38,444 nucleotides of DNA from the NCBI GenBank assembly GCA_041736655.1, contig JBGSTE010000311.1, positions 1-38,444 of the forward strand. The letters are read 5' to 3'. Within the stretch, counting starts at the first letter, position 1. Every line of letters starts with the position of its first letter. The translations under genes were made by a program, and so were the position numbers. Positions 8,410-16,428 of the stretch are shown here, one piece after another. Below the pieces are notes generated by a model, which saw nothing but the letters and a program-made list of their open reading frames with translations, was not told the origin of the DNA and did no database searches. This DNA is from Phycisphaeraceae bacterium (GTDB lineage: Bacteria > Planctomycetota > Phycisphaerae > Phycisphaerales > Phycisphaeraceae).

Positions 8410-10329
8410 ATGCAGCTCTACATCCTCGCCAGAACGTCAACTGATATGCAGAACCCCAAGTCCCCCGAAGACCAGGTCCGCGAGGTCCGGTCGGGTTTAG
8501 ATCGGATGAAGATCGACCACGCCGACGCCATCGTCAAGATGGCGCATGGTGAGTCCGGTATGAGTGACGACCGCGACAACTTCCTGGAAATTCAGCGACG
8601 GATTAACAGTGGCGAGGCCTTTATCCTCGCCGTCGACGACCAGTCCCGCTTCAGCCGCGGCATGAACGTCCGCAGCCTGATCACAGACCTCGTGTACAAC
8701 GGCGGGCGCTTCATCTCCACCGGTGAGGGGATCGACACCAATCGTGAGGCTTGGGAAACCCTGGTCGCAATTAAGGAAATCCACCACTCACAGAGCTCGA
8801 AGGACACCGGCCGGCGTGTTCGCCGAGGCCATGCCGGTCGGGTGCAAGACAACCTGAGCACCGGCGACATCTGTTTTGGATACGACTCATACTACATCAA
8901 TCAGGAGTACGCCCTGAGCTACAACGGCCGGGGTCCCAAACCCGAAAAGGGCGTCCGCATCAACGACGCTGAGGCGGCGATAGTCCGTCGGATCTTCCAC
9001 GAGTTCTCTGTTAAGGGTAAGTCCCTCAACAATATCGCGAAGGGCCTGACCGCGGATGGTGTGTCAAAGGGACACCGCAGCGACGGCAAGGTCTGGACCC
9101 ACACGAACGTGGTCGAGAAGCTGAAGAACCCCAAGTACGTCGGGGTCTGGGTGTGGGGCAAGACTCAGACCATCCGCAACTCGGCCGGCAAGAAAAAGCA
9201 GGTCCCCGTCGAGGAGCGGGAGATTGTCCGCACCGCACGCCCCGAACTCGCCATCGTCTCCCAGGAGCTGTACAACGCGGCACAGGGCAAGCTTGAGCAC
9301 AACAAGCAGACCTATGGCACCAAGGGGCAGAGACGGCGCAAGCAACCGAAGAAACACCACACCGAGGAATACCCCAACTACCTGCTGCAGGGCGCTGTCC
9401 ACTGCGGCATCTGCGGCAAGCAGATGTGGATCGGTGCGCGCAAGGGCGAACCGATGTTCTTCTGCTCTACACACCGCGACTGCCCCGACCGCTGCGCGCT
9501 GCAGGCCCGTGTGCCGATCCGGGAGGCCGAGCAGCACATACTAGCGATCCTTAGCGAGGTGCTAGCAGATAACCCGGAATGGCTGCAGCGCGTGCACACC
9601 ACGATGACGGCGACGATCCAGGAGTACATGGATCGCCTGCCCGACGAGCTGAGCGAGCGGCAGCAGGAGCTGGCCAAGGTGCAGTCGCAGATCAACCGCG
9701 GCGTCGAACTGCTGCTCGAAGGGTCTGACAAGAATCCGACGCTCATGGAGCGAGTGAAGCAGTTGGAGAAGCGCAAGGCCGAGCTGGAAGCTCAAATCGC
9801 GGAGCTCGAGGTCGCCGAGCGTCGGCACCACCGCTTGCCCGATCAGGCCTGGGTACGCGAGCAGCTGGCGAACCTTGCCCAGGTGCTGCGCGGCGACACT
9901 CGACGCGCAGCACTCCTGCTGCGGTCGATCCTCGTTGATCTCAAGGCCGGCCAGGTCATCCCGCCGGGCAAGGACCGAGGCTTCGCCACGCTGTCGTTCC
10001 GGATCAGTGGCCTGGCCGTCTTCCGCGCCGCTGTGCCGTCACTGATGCTGCCGGACTCGGCCGGCGACACGGGGCTGGCTGACGAGACGTCCGACACCTT
10101 CGAGATCAGCTTCGGCGACCTGTCCCAGATGGACCGCTGGGTCTTCCAGTGGGGCGAGAAGATCGACACGATGCGTCGGCAGGGCGTGCTGTGGCGTGAG
10201 ATCTACGAAGCGACCGGGCTGGGGTCCGGCCCCGCCTGCGTCGTGCTGCAGCGCTACCGGGCCTGGCAAGAGGAGCAGGCCGGCGGGCATGATGACGAAG
10301 TTGACAACGATGGTCAGAGCGTGGCCTGA
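8410..10329 (+). CDS. Large serine recombinase (resolvase + recombinase + Zn ribbon + coiled coil) with C-terminal extension
   Basis: LARTSTDMQ (catalytic Ser), DDQSRFSR, EAAIVRRIFHEF, LKNPKYVG, IVSQELY, CGICG...C...C and a coiled coil. AGGAG RBS. Confidence 0.95.
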   Translation: MQLYILARTSTDMQNPKSPEDQVREVRSGLDRMKIDHADAIVKMAHGESGMSDDRDNFLEIQRRINSGEAFILAVDDQSRFSRGMNVRSLITDLVYNGGRFISTGEGIDTNREAWETLVAIKEIHHSQSSKDTGRRVRRGHAGRVQDNLSTGDICFGYDSYYINQEYALSYNGRGPKPEKGVRINDAEAAIVRRIFHEFSVKGKSLNNIAKGLTADGVSKGHRSDGKVWTHTNVVEKLKNPKYVGVWVWGKTQTIRNSAGKKKQVPVEEREIVRTARPELAIVSQELYNAAQGKLEHNKQTYGTKGQRRRKQPKKHHTEEYPNYLLQGAVHCGICGKQMWIGARKGEPMFFCSTHRDCPDRCALQARVPIREAEQHILAILSEVLADNPEWLQRVHTTMTATIQEYMDRLPDELSERQQELAKVQSQINRGVELLLEGSDKNPTLMERVKQLEKRKAELEAQIAELEVAERRHHRLPDQAWVREQLANLAQVLRGDTRRAALLLRSILVDLKAGQVIPPGKDRGFATLSFRISGLAVFRAAVPSLMLPDSAGDTGLADETSDTFEISFGDLSQMDRWVFQWGEKIDTMRRQGVLWREIYEATGLGSGPACVVLQRYRAWQEEQAGGHDDEVDNDGQSVA

Positions 10330-10365
10330 CCGGCGACACGAACTAACCTCAACAAGGAGACGCCT

Positions 10366-10536
10366 ATGAAGCAACCGTACAAGGCGCTGGCCGACCTCGT
10401 CGGCCAGCTGCTTGCCCAGCGATGGATCCAAGAGCAAGAACTTGACCAACGCGACACACGGCTCGATACAAAGCGCCCAACGCGCCGGCAAGCGGAGCCA
10501 CCGTCGCACAACCAAGACGATGATGAGGACGTCTAA
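10366..10536 (+). CDS. Small hypothetical protein (56 aa; not in ORF track)
   Basis: AAGGAG RBS, then MKQPYKALADLVGQLLAQRWIQEQELDQ...DDDEDV*, followed by a terminator. Confidence 0.65.
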   Translation: MKQPYKALADLVGQLLAQRWIQEQELDQRDTRLDTKRPTRRQAEPPSHNQDDDEDV

Positions 10537-10549
10537 AGAGTCAACGCCA

Positions 10550-10597
10550 CTGGCGGCCCCGGCCTCGGCCGGGGCCGCCAGCCGGCTCTTTTTTTTA
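10550..10597 (+). terminator. Intrinsic terminator
   Basis: CTGGCGGCCCCGGCC-TC-GGCCGGGGCCGCCAG stem, followed after a short spacer by T8. Confidence 0.75.
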
Positions 10598-10770
10598 GCT
10601 ATCAAACGACAGCGATGCTGTTGGCTTCATCGACAAGTGTTATTTCTGTCGCCTTTGGGGATTCAAGGGTCACTGAAATGACACTTCTCAATAAAAGCCT
10701 CCTGCTCGTCTTCTAGGCCACATTTTCTGAGCGGTAGCGCCCGAGGTCTGAGATCAGCATAGGCGCACTT

Positions 10771-10798
10771 ACCTAAATTTTCGGGACTTTTGCGTAAT
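10771..10798 (-). other. dif-like site/promoter-like motif, copy 3 (ATTACGCAAAA-GTCCCG-AAAATTTAGGT)
   Basis: Each arm differs from copy 1 at one base, while the spacer differs at 3. The downstream AATAAGTG..CTTAGC is also conserved. It lies about 130 bp upstream of the Ubl operon. Confidence 0.5.
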
Positions 10799-11044
10799 AA
10801 TAAGTGGGGATCCTTAGCCCTCAACGCGACATCAGCCCTGACGCTACTGCTTACTGTCATCCCCCTCTAACTACTCGGTCACGCCATCCTGCGTGATTGA
10901 ACCCCCACCACGAACTTAAAGGAGCCCAACATGACAGACGCTTTCGCTGCGCGCGGCCCGCCCAAGTCGGCCGTACTCACTCGCTCACTGACAGAACCGT
11001 TTGCATCGCCAATCGCAACCCCTGCACCACACCGGAGAACCCCA

Positions 11045-11278
11045 ATGCAAGTTTTGTTTATCAATAACAACGGCGGCGGCTTCGCGGACTACCTCGACGT
11101 CGCAGAACACACCACCATCGGCAAATTCTTCGCCGACAAGATGCCGCACGAATCCAGCAGCAACTACCTCATCCGCGTCAACCGCCAGCCGGTGGCCAAC
11201 GACTACGTACTGCAGCCCGGCGACCGCGTGACCTTCACCCCGACCAAGATCGAGGGTGCGGTCTGCCGCGTCGCCTGA
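11045..11278 (+). CDS. Ubiquitin-like (ThiS/MoaD beta-grasp) protein with C-terminal extension
   Basis: [42 protein letters not shown] before ATG 11045; an in-frame upstream ATG at 10931 also has an AAAGGAG RBS. Confidence 0.85.
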   Translation: MQVLFINNNGGGFADYLDVAEHTTIGKFFADKMPHESSSNYLIRVNRQPVANDYVLQPGDRVTFTPTKIEGAVCRVA

Positions 11279-11298
11279 CACGGCTTACACGAACCGAC

Positions 11299-11344
11299 GG
11301 GGCGGGCGGGTCTTGCCTCTTGGCAGGGCCGCCCGCCCCTTTTC
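11299..11344 (+). terminator. Terminator/attenuator-like hairpin between Ubl and E2 genes
   Basis: GGGGCGGGCGGGTCTTGCC-TCTT-GGCAGGGCCGCCCGCCCC-TTTT. Confidence 0.65.
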
Positions 11345-11374
11345 GTTTGACACCCCGCTTTATCAGGAGGCCCC

Positions 11375-12421
11375 ATGCCACGGCATCAATACGATCGCCA
11401 CGCTTTATGCTGCGCGTACCAGATCCAGGACACGCTGCGGCAGAGTCATCTAGCCCTGCTCCAAGACCACGCCCGCTGGGCCGTGCCGGTCATGCAGCAG
11501 TTCACGCAGCTTGTACGCACCTCCGCCCTGCTCGCCCGCGCCGTGTCGCGCTCGCCCACCAGCCGTACGGCGAGGATGGTGGATCAGCGTCTCGTGCACC
11601 AACTCCGCTCAACCACCCGGGATATGCAGACCCTCGAGCACCAGCTCACGACCGACAGCTGCCCGCCGATCCCCCCGCTGCGCGACCTCCTCGGCGAACT
11701 CGACCAGATCGAGAGCGAGTTTGGTGGGTGGATTTATGACCACCTGGCCAAGGAGCTGTCGACTACCACCGAGCCCATCAGTCTGGAGGGGATCGCGCTG
11801 GGTCCGTTCAAGATCCGCCTGCGCCTGGGCCAAACGATCACACACCTGCTGGGAAGACTCTGCTGGGTGCAGGCTCTGGAGCCTAATCCCGCCACTGGCA
11901 ACAGCGAGGTCACCCACCCCCATGTCAGTGGCGAAGCGGTATGCGTCGGCGACGCCGGGCCGGACCTGATCCGGGCGCTGCGCAGCGGCCGGGTATGCGA
12001 CTTCTTCCTGCTGATCCGCGGCGTCCTGGAGAACTACAACCCCAACTCACCCTACGTCCGGCTCGATGAGTGGAGCGGCGAGCCCTGCTCAGACTGCGGC
12101 CAGAGCACGCACGAAGACAACCGCAGCAGCTGCGAGGCCTGCGACCGCAGCGTCTGCGATGAATGCATCAGCTCCTGCCCGCACTGCGACAAGACCATCT
12201 GCTTTGGCTGCGTCACCCAGTGCCGCAGCTGTGAACAAACCTCCTGCGCCCAGTGCCTGGCCCCCTGCGCTAGCTGCGGGGACCAGGTCTGCGCAGACTG
12301 TCTAGACAACGACCTCTGCCCCACCTGCCTGGAGAACCAACATGACGACGATGACGACATCAACAACGAAAGCACCAACGACACCCAAGAATCCCCCGAG
12401 GAAGAAAACGCCACCGCTTAA
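11375..12421 (+). CDS. Prokaryotic E2-like domain fused to Cys-rich (10x CxxC) Zn-binding repeat and acidic tail
   Basis: [13 protein letters not shown] resembles the E2 HPN...G.ICL active site, followed by YNPNSPY. Ten CxxC pairs at 12086-12328. AGGAGG RBS. Confidence 0.75.
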   Translation: MPRHQYDRHALCCAYQIQDTLRQSHLALLQDHARWAVPVMQQFTQLVRTSALLARAVSRSPTSRTARMVDQRLVHQLRSTTRDMQTLEHQLTTDSCPPIPPLRDLLGELDQIESEFGGWIYDHLAKELSTTTEPISLEGIALGPFKIRLRLGQTITHLLGRLCWVQALEPNPATGNSEVTHPHVSGEAVCVGDAGPDLIRALRSGRVCDFFLLIRGVLENYNPNSPYVRLDEWSGEPCSDCGQSTHEDNRSSCEACDRSVCDECISSCPHCDKTICFGCVTQCRSCEQTSCAQCLAPCASCGDQVCADCLDNDLCPTCLENQHDDDDDINNESTNDTQESPEEENATA

Positions 12422-13109
12422 AACCACCCCCGCGCCACGCTTGCACATTCAGCACAAAACCCCTCACACGCCCCGCCTGCGCTTTACGCCTACCGCGTGG
12501 GCAAAACTCCACTACCTCTGTCACCGCGGCGACACCGAGATCGGCGGCTTTGGTGTCTCTACGGCAGACGACCTGCTGCTGGTCGAGGAGTTGTTCGTCC
12601 CCGAGCAAAAGACCACCTCGGTGACCGTCGCCTTCGATGACGAATCCATCGCCGACTTTTATGAAGACCAGGTCGCCGCCGGTCGTAAGCCCGAGCAGTT
12701 CGGCCGGATCTGGATCCACACCCACCCGGGTAACTGCCCGAGCCCCAGCTCGGTCGACGAAGAAACCTTCGCACGCGTCTTTGGCGGCTGCGACTGGGCG
12801 GTGATGTTCATCCTCGCCCGTGGTGGCAAGACCTACGCCCGCCTGCGGTTTAACGCCGGGCCCGGCGGAGCCATCGAGCTGCCTGTCGAGGTGGACTTTA
12901 CCCACGCGTTTGCCGGCTCGGACCACGCGGCATGGGAAACCGAGTACAGGGAGCGCGTCCACGAGCAGCAAAGCCACCCGCTTTGGATGGACGGCTGGGG
13001 CCTTGACGAAATAACCGACCCTTACACACCGATCGACGACCTCGCCCGTTACGACGAGATCGATGGCGATCTGTTCCTGGAGATGATCCATGACTACGAC
13101 ACACAATGA
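12342..13109 (+). CDS. JAB/MPN (Mov34) metallopeptidase, deubiquitinase-like (true start may be near 12441)
   Basis: DTEIGGFG (catalytic Glu) and [16 protein letters not shown] (HxH-x7-S-x2-D JAMM motif). Confidence 0.9.
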   Translation: MTTMTTSTTKAPTTPKNPPRKKTPPLKTTPAPRLHIQHKTPHTPRLRFTPTAWAKLHYLCHRGDTEIGGFGVSTADDLLLVEELFVPEQKTTSVTVAFDDESIADFYEDQVAAGRKPEQFGRIWIHTHPGNCPSPSSVDEETFARVFGGCDWAVMFILARGGKTYARLRFNAGPGGAIELPVEVDFTHAFAGSDHAAWETEYRERVHEQQSHPLWMDGWGLDEITDPYTPIDDLARYDEIDGDLFLEMIHDYDTQ

Positions 13110-13500
13110 ACAGAACCCGTTTGATGACGCTGACATCATCTACCGCTACACCCGGGCGCAAGCCCTCGACGACGGCGTGCTCGTCGACCTGACCCGCTGG
13201 GCCGCCGAGACCGGCTTCCGTATCCCCGTCGCCTGCACGCAGGCCGTCTGGGCGGACTGCATCGAGCCACCGGAAGGGACACTCGAAGCCGGCCAGTCAC
13301 AGCGTGGCCGGGCCCACGACGTGCTCTGGATGCTCTATGTGGCGATCAAACGCTCACCACCAGGTGAGTCGGACCTTCGGTATGAAGTGATCTTCCTCAA
13401 TGAGAAACTCGAGCACGAGACCGTCACGCTCAAGGCCGTCTGCGGCCCCGGTGATGCAGGCGAGCCCGTCATGACCATCATGCTGCCGCACGAGGACTAA
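13090..13500 (+). CDS. DUF6573-like protein
   Basis: [14 protein letters not shown]...[12 protein letters not shown]...[10 protein letters not shown]...[19 protein letters not shown] is characteristic of this mobile-element family. Confidence 0.75.
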   Translation: MTTTHNEQNPFDDADIIYRYTRAQALDDGVLVDLTRWAAETGFRIPVACTQAVWADCIEPPEGTLEAGQSQRGRAHDVLWMLYVAIKRSPPGESDLRYEVIFLNEKLEHETVTLKAVCGPGDAGEPVMTIMLPHED

Positions 13501-13543
13501 GTCTCTCTGCGCAGCAACACCACCAACCGAAAGGACTTTTACT

Positions 13544-14206
13544 ATGACTGAATCCTCCTTAAAGGAGCGCGACGCCCGGCAGCGCGACCTTGTCCCACCG
13601 GAGCGCCTCGCGCAGACCACTATCACCGTGATCGGCTGCGGTGCCATCGGCCGACAGGCCGCGTTACAACTCGCCGCGCTCGGAGCGCCCCACCTGCTGC
13701 TGGTCGACTTCGACAGCGTTGAGGTCGAGAACCTCGCGCCGCAGGGTTTTCTGGCCAGCGACCTCGGGCGGCCCAAGGTCCAGGCGGTTGCCGAGCAGTG
13801 CCGCGCGATCAACCCCGCCATCCGTGTCGATGTGTTCAGCACGCGATACAACCGCGCGATCCCCAGGACCGAGGTCGTGTTCTGCTGTGTCGACAGCATC
13901 TCCACCCGTCAGCACATCTATGCCCAGGCCCGTGATACGACGCGGCTTTTCCTGGACGCACGCATGAGTGCAGAGGTGATCCGGGCGCTGGCCGTCGACA
14001 CAAGTCAGGACAGCGAGGCGTACCTGAAGACCTGCTTCTCGGCGGCGGACGTGTTTACAGGATCCTGCGCCGCCAAGAGCAGCATCTATTCGGCCAACAT
14101 CGCCGCGGGCCTGCTCGTGGCTCAGTTCACGCGGTGGCTGCGGCGGCTGCCCATCGATCAGGACGTTCAGCTGAACCTGCTGTCGATGGAACTGACCGTC
14201 GGCTGA
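13544..14206 (+). CDS. ThiF/MoeB-family E1-like adenylyltransferase
   Basis: RDARQ Arg finger, IGCGAIG, VDFDSVEVENL..Q, PKV, CCVDS, and a candidate thioester Cys in GSCAAKS. No Zn CxxC pairs. Confidence 0.92.
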   Translation: MTESSLKERDARQRDLVPPERLAQTTITVIGCGAIGRQAALQLAALGAPHLLLVDFDSVEVENLAPQGFLASDLGRPKVQAVAEQCRAINPAIRVDVFSTRYNRAIPRTEVVFCCVDSISTRQHIYAQARDTTRLFLDARMSAEVIRALAVDTSQDSEAYLKTCFSAADVFTGSCAAKSSIYSANIAAGLLVAQFTRWLRRLPIDQDVQLNLLSMELTVG

Positions 14207-14240
14207 TCCCCCAACAAACTTCATACACAAGGAGACCATC

Positions 14241-14597
14241 ATGGCCTCGGACCAAACAGTCTTGGCCCGAACGATCCTGCGCGCCCAGTCCGAACTCCGC
14301 CGGGTCGGCCACCGGCAGACCATGACCCAGCTCGAACAGGTCGAACCCGACTTGTCCGGCTACCTCTGGGAGCAGCTCTCGGAGATCCACCGGCTGCTAC
14401 TGACCCTCGGCGGACCGCCGAAAACATCACAGCGCTGCTACCGCCGGGTTCAGCAGCTCATGCTCGTCACGATCCTCGCCCTGCGCCACGGCCATCACGA
14501 ACTGTGGCGTGACCTGCACGGCCCCCCGGATATCCCCCCGCCCCCGGAAGTACCTCCGCCCCCGCAAGTGGATTCGTCCGAGTCGGACAACGACTGA
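14241..14597 (+). CDS. Hypothetical protein (118 aa)
   Basis: AAGGAG RBS and same-strand operon position. The Pro-rich tail is encoded by the 18-bp repeats. Confidence 0.7.
   Translation: MASDQTVLARTILRAQSELRRVGHRQTMTQLEQVEPDLSGYLWEQLSEIHRLLLTLGGPPKTSQRCYRRVQQLMLVTILALRHGHHELWRDLHGPPDIPPPPEVPPPPQVDSSESDND
14535..14570 (+). repeat. Tandem copies of 18-bp motif CCCCCGCCCCCGGAAGT(A/G)
   Basis: 14535-14552 exact and 14553-14570 degenerate. Related copies at 15077-15112 (-), 15593-15610 (-) and 16334-16351 (+). Confidence 0.75.
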
Positions 14598-14689
14598 TCC
14601 GCAACTCAAATCCCATACCCCACCACGCGGAATCTCCCGCCGTGTGGCGGGGCCGCGTGGTGGTCACACGCCCAAACTAGGAACACAAG

Positions 14690-14875
14690 ATGACCCTCAT
14701 CCCCGTCAAGGCCCTATCCCCGTTTGAACTCGACCAGCTCGGCACCAACCTCGCCGCCACCGTCCGCCGTGATCCCGCCGAGATCGAGGCCATGAACCGC
14801 TCGCTCGCCATGCTCGGTGAGGAGATGGACGACGAGATCGAAGTCGCCATGCGCAGTGAACACGTCGCCGGCTGA
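14690..14875 (+). CDS. Small acidic hypothetical protein (61 aa)
   Basis: AGGAA RBS, codon usage like neighbouring genes, flanked by hairpins. Confidence 0.55.
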   Translation: MTLIPVKALSPFELDQLGTNLAATVRRDPAEIEAMNRSLAMLGEEMDDEIEVAMRSEHVAG

Positions 14876-14917
14876 CACGCGCGTCTTCATTCCCAGCAAT
14901 GGCGGACACCGTGTCCG

Positions 14918-14948
14918 ACCCCGGCGGTCTTCGGGCCGCCGGGTTTTT
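14918..14948 (+). terminator. Intrinsic terminator-like hairpin
   Basis: CCCGGCGGTC-TTCG-GGCCGCCGGG-TTTTT (cUUCGg loop). Confidence 0.65.
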
Positions 14949-14984
14949 CCCATCCATCCACCATCTATAGATAAGGAGCGATCC

Positions 14985-15833
14985 ATGACCGGACTTCGCA
15001 TCCGACGCAAGCCGTCACCCGACATCGCGATCAACACACCCCTGCGACCGGGGCCATTGGCTTCACCTTCCGGGGGTACTTCCGGGAGCGGGGGCACTTC
15101 CGGGGGCGGGGGCGGGGGTGTACGCTGCCGCATCCCCACGATGATCAAGCGGGCCACCGGGTCCGGTGGCCGCTACGCCCTGTCCGCCGTACGGGCTCTG
15201 CCCCTGCGGTACCGCGGCGACAAACGCTCGAATAGCGACCCCGCCTTCCGGCACAACGTCGTGCTGCAGGCCAGCGATGGTCATCAGGCCGTTTGTGTAT
15301 TCACCGAGGGGGTACTGGATGAGCCCACGCTCATCCCCGGCGAGGTCCTGCCCACCCGCCAGGCCGACTGCAGCAGCGGCGTGACCCTCGACGGCAAGGT
15401 CTGGCGGGCCAGGGACGGAGCCCAGGCCGAAGCACTCGACTCGCAAAACCCCTTCCCTGATATTGCGTCGGTGCTGCCCGCAGCAGTACCGGGCACCATC
15501 GCGGTCGCGATCAATGTCGATCGACTCCGACGCGTTGCCGCCGGCCTGGGCACCGACAACCTGACCCTGCTCGTACCACCCCCCAGACCCGGACCTACCG
15601 GGGGCGGGGGCGGGGGCGCGGGCGGGAACAAGTCAACCGTGACGGACCCTGTCGCCGTCTGCCCCGCCGGCAAGGACGATGCCGAGGGCGTCGGGGTGAT
15701 GATGCCGGTCAACTGCGAGCGAAGCCACGCCTACTACACCCGCATCCGCGAAGCGGTCGTCATGGCTGAAGAACCCCGCCATCGCAAGAGCGGTTGGCGC
15801 AAGAGCAGGCCAAGGAAGGAGGTGTCGGCTTGA
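14985..15833 (+). CDS. Divergent DNA polymerase beta-clamp-like domain protein
   Basis: AAGGAG RBS. ASDGHQAV, PFPDIASVLP, VAINVDRLRRVA and GVMMPV parallel the DnaN ATDGHRL, FPDY..VIP, FN..YL and VLMP motifs. Gly-rich inserts are present. Confidence 0.5.
   Translation: MTGLRIRRKPSPDIAINTPLRPGPLASPSGGTSGSGGTSGGGGGGVRCRIPTMIKRATGSGGRYALSAVRALPLRYRGDKRSNSDPAFRHNVVLQASDGHQAVCVFTEGVLDEPTLIPGEVLPTRQADCSSGVTLDGKVWRARDGAQAEALDSQNPFPDIASVLPAAVPGTIAVAINVDRLRRVAAGLGTDNLTLLVPPPRPGPTGGGGGGAGGNKSTVTDPVAVCPAGKDDAEGVGVMMPVNCERSHAYYTRIREAVVMAEEPRHRKSGWRKSRPRKEVSA
15077..15112 (-). repeat. Two inverted-orientation copies of the 18-bp motif
   Basis: TACTTCCGGGAGCGGGGG and CACTTCCGGGGGCGGGGG on the + strand. 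Confidence 0.75.
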
Positions 15834-15997
15834 GCAGGATCACACGCGACACCGCCCAACGCCTCATCCGCGACACCCGTCCCGCCGCGCTGTGGTGCAT
15901 CGCTCAGATGTGTGACGAACCCACGAGCATCCATCCGTGATCGTCAACACCCCCACGCATCAACGAATCCTCCACCACCCACCCCAAGGAGACCACC

Positions 15998-16327
15998 ATG
16001 CTTCAGTTCCTCCAACCCGTCGGCACCGTATTCATCGGTCTGGCCATGTTCGTCTACGGCCTGGTCCAGTCCCTGCTGCATCGGCCCTCGACCTCAAGCT
16101 TCCAGGCCGCCGCTCAGGCCATGCCCGACGCCATCGCCGTGATCATCTTCGGCATCGGCATCGCCGCGGTCATCGTCGGCATCGTCCTGCTCGTCACCGG
16201 GATCCGCGGCGTTCGCAGCCGTACCCGTGACATCAACCGCGCCTACGGCTCACCCCGGAATCGACCGCATCGCCACTCGGCCCGTGATGAGTACGACGAC
16301 TGGGGCGGCAACCCCGCCTACCGCTGA
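15998..16327 (+). CDS. Small two-TM membrane protein
   Basis: AAGGAG RBS and two hydrophobic stretches. Confidence 0.75.
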   Translation: MLQFLQPVGTVFIGLAMFVYGLVQSLLHRPSTSSFQAAAQAMPDAIAVIIFGIGIAAVIVGIVLLVTGIRGVRSRTRDINRAYGSPRNRPHRHSARDEYDDWGGNPAYR

Positions 16328-16333
16328 CCCACG

Positions 16334-16351
16334 CCCCCGCCCCCGGAAGTA
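16334..16351 (+). repeat. Intergenic exact copy of 18-bp motif CCCCCGCCCCCGGAAGTA
   Basis: Identical to 14535-14552. Confidence 0.8.
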
Positions 16352-16428
16352 GCAACGCTCGTGACACCGGCCCTCGATCCGCTCGGGGGCCGGTGTTGTT
16401 ACATATCCACCACGCATAAGGAACCACT

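Noticed and set aside
11045-14206. ThiS/MoaD + ThiF as thiamine or molybdopterin biosynthesis
   Set aside because: No thiG/moaE-type genes are present, the Ubl lacks a terminal GG, and E2-like and JAB genes are interleaved.
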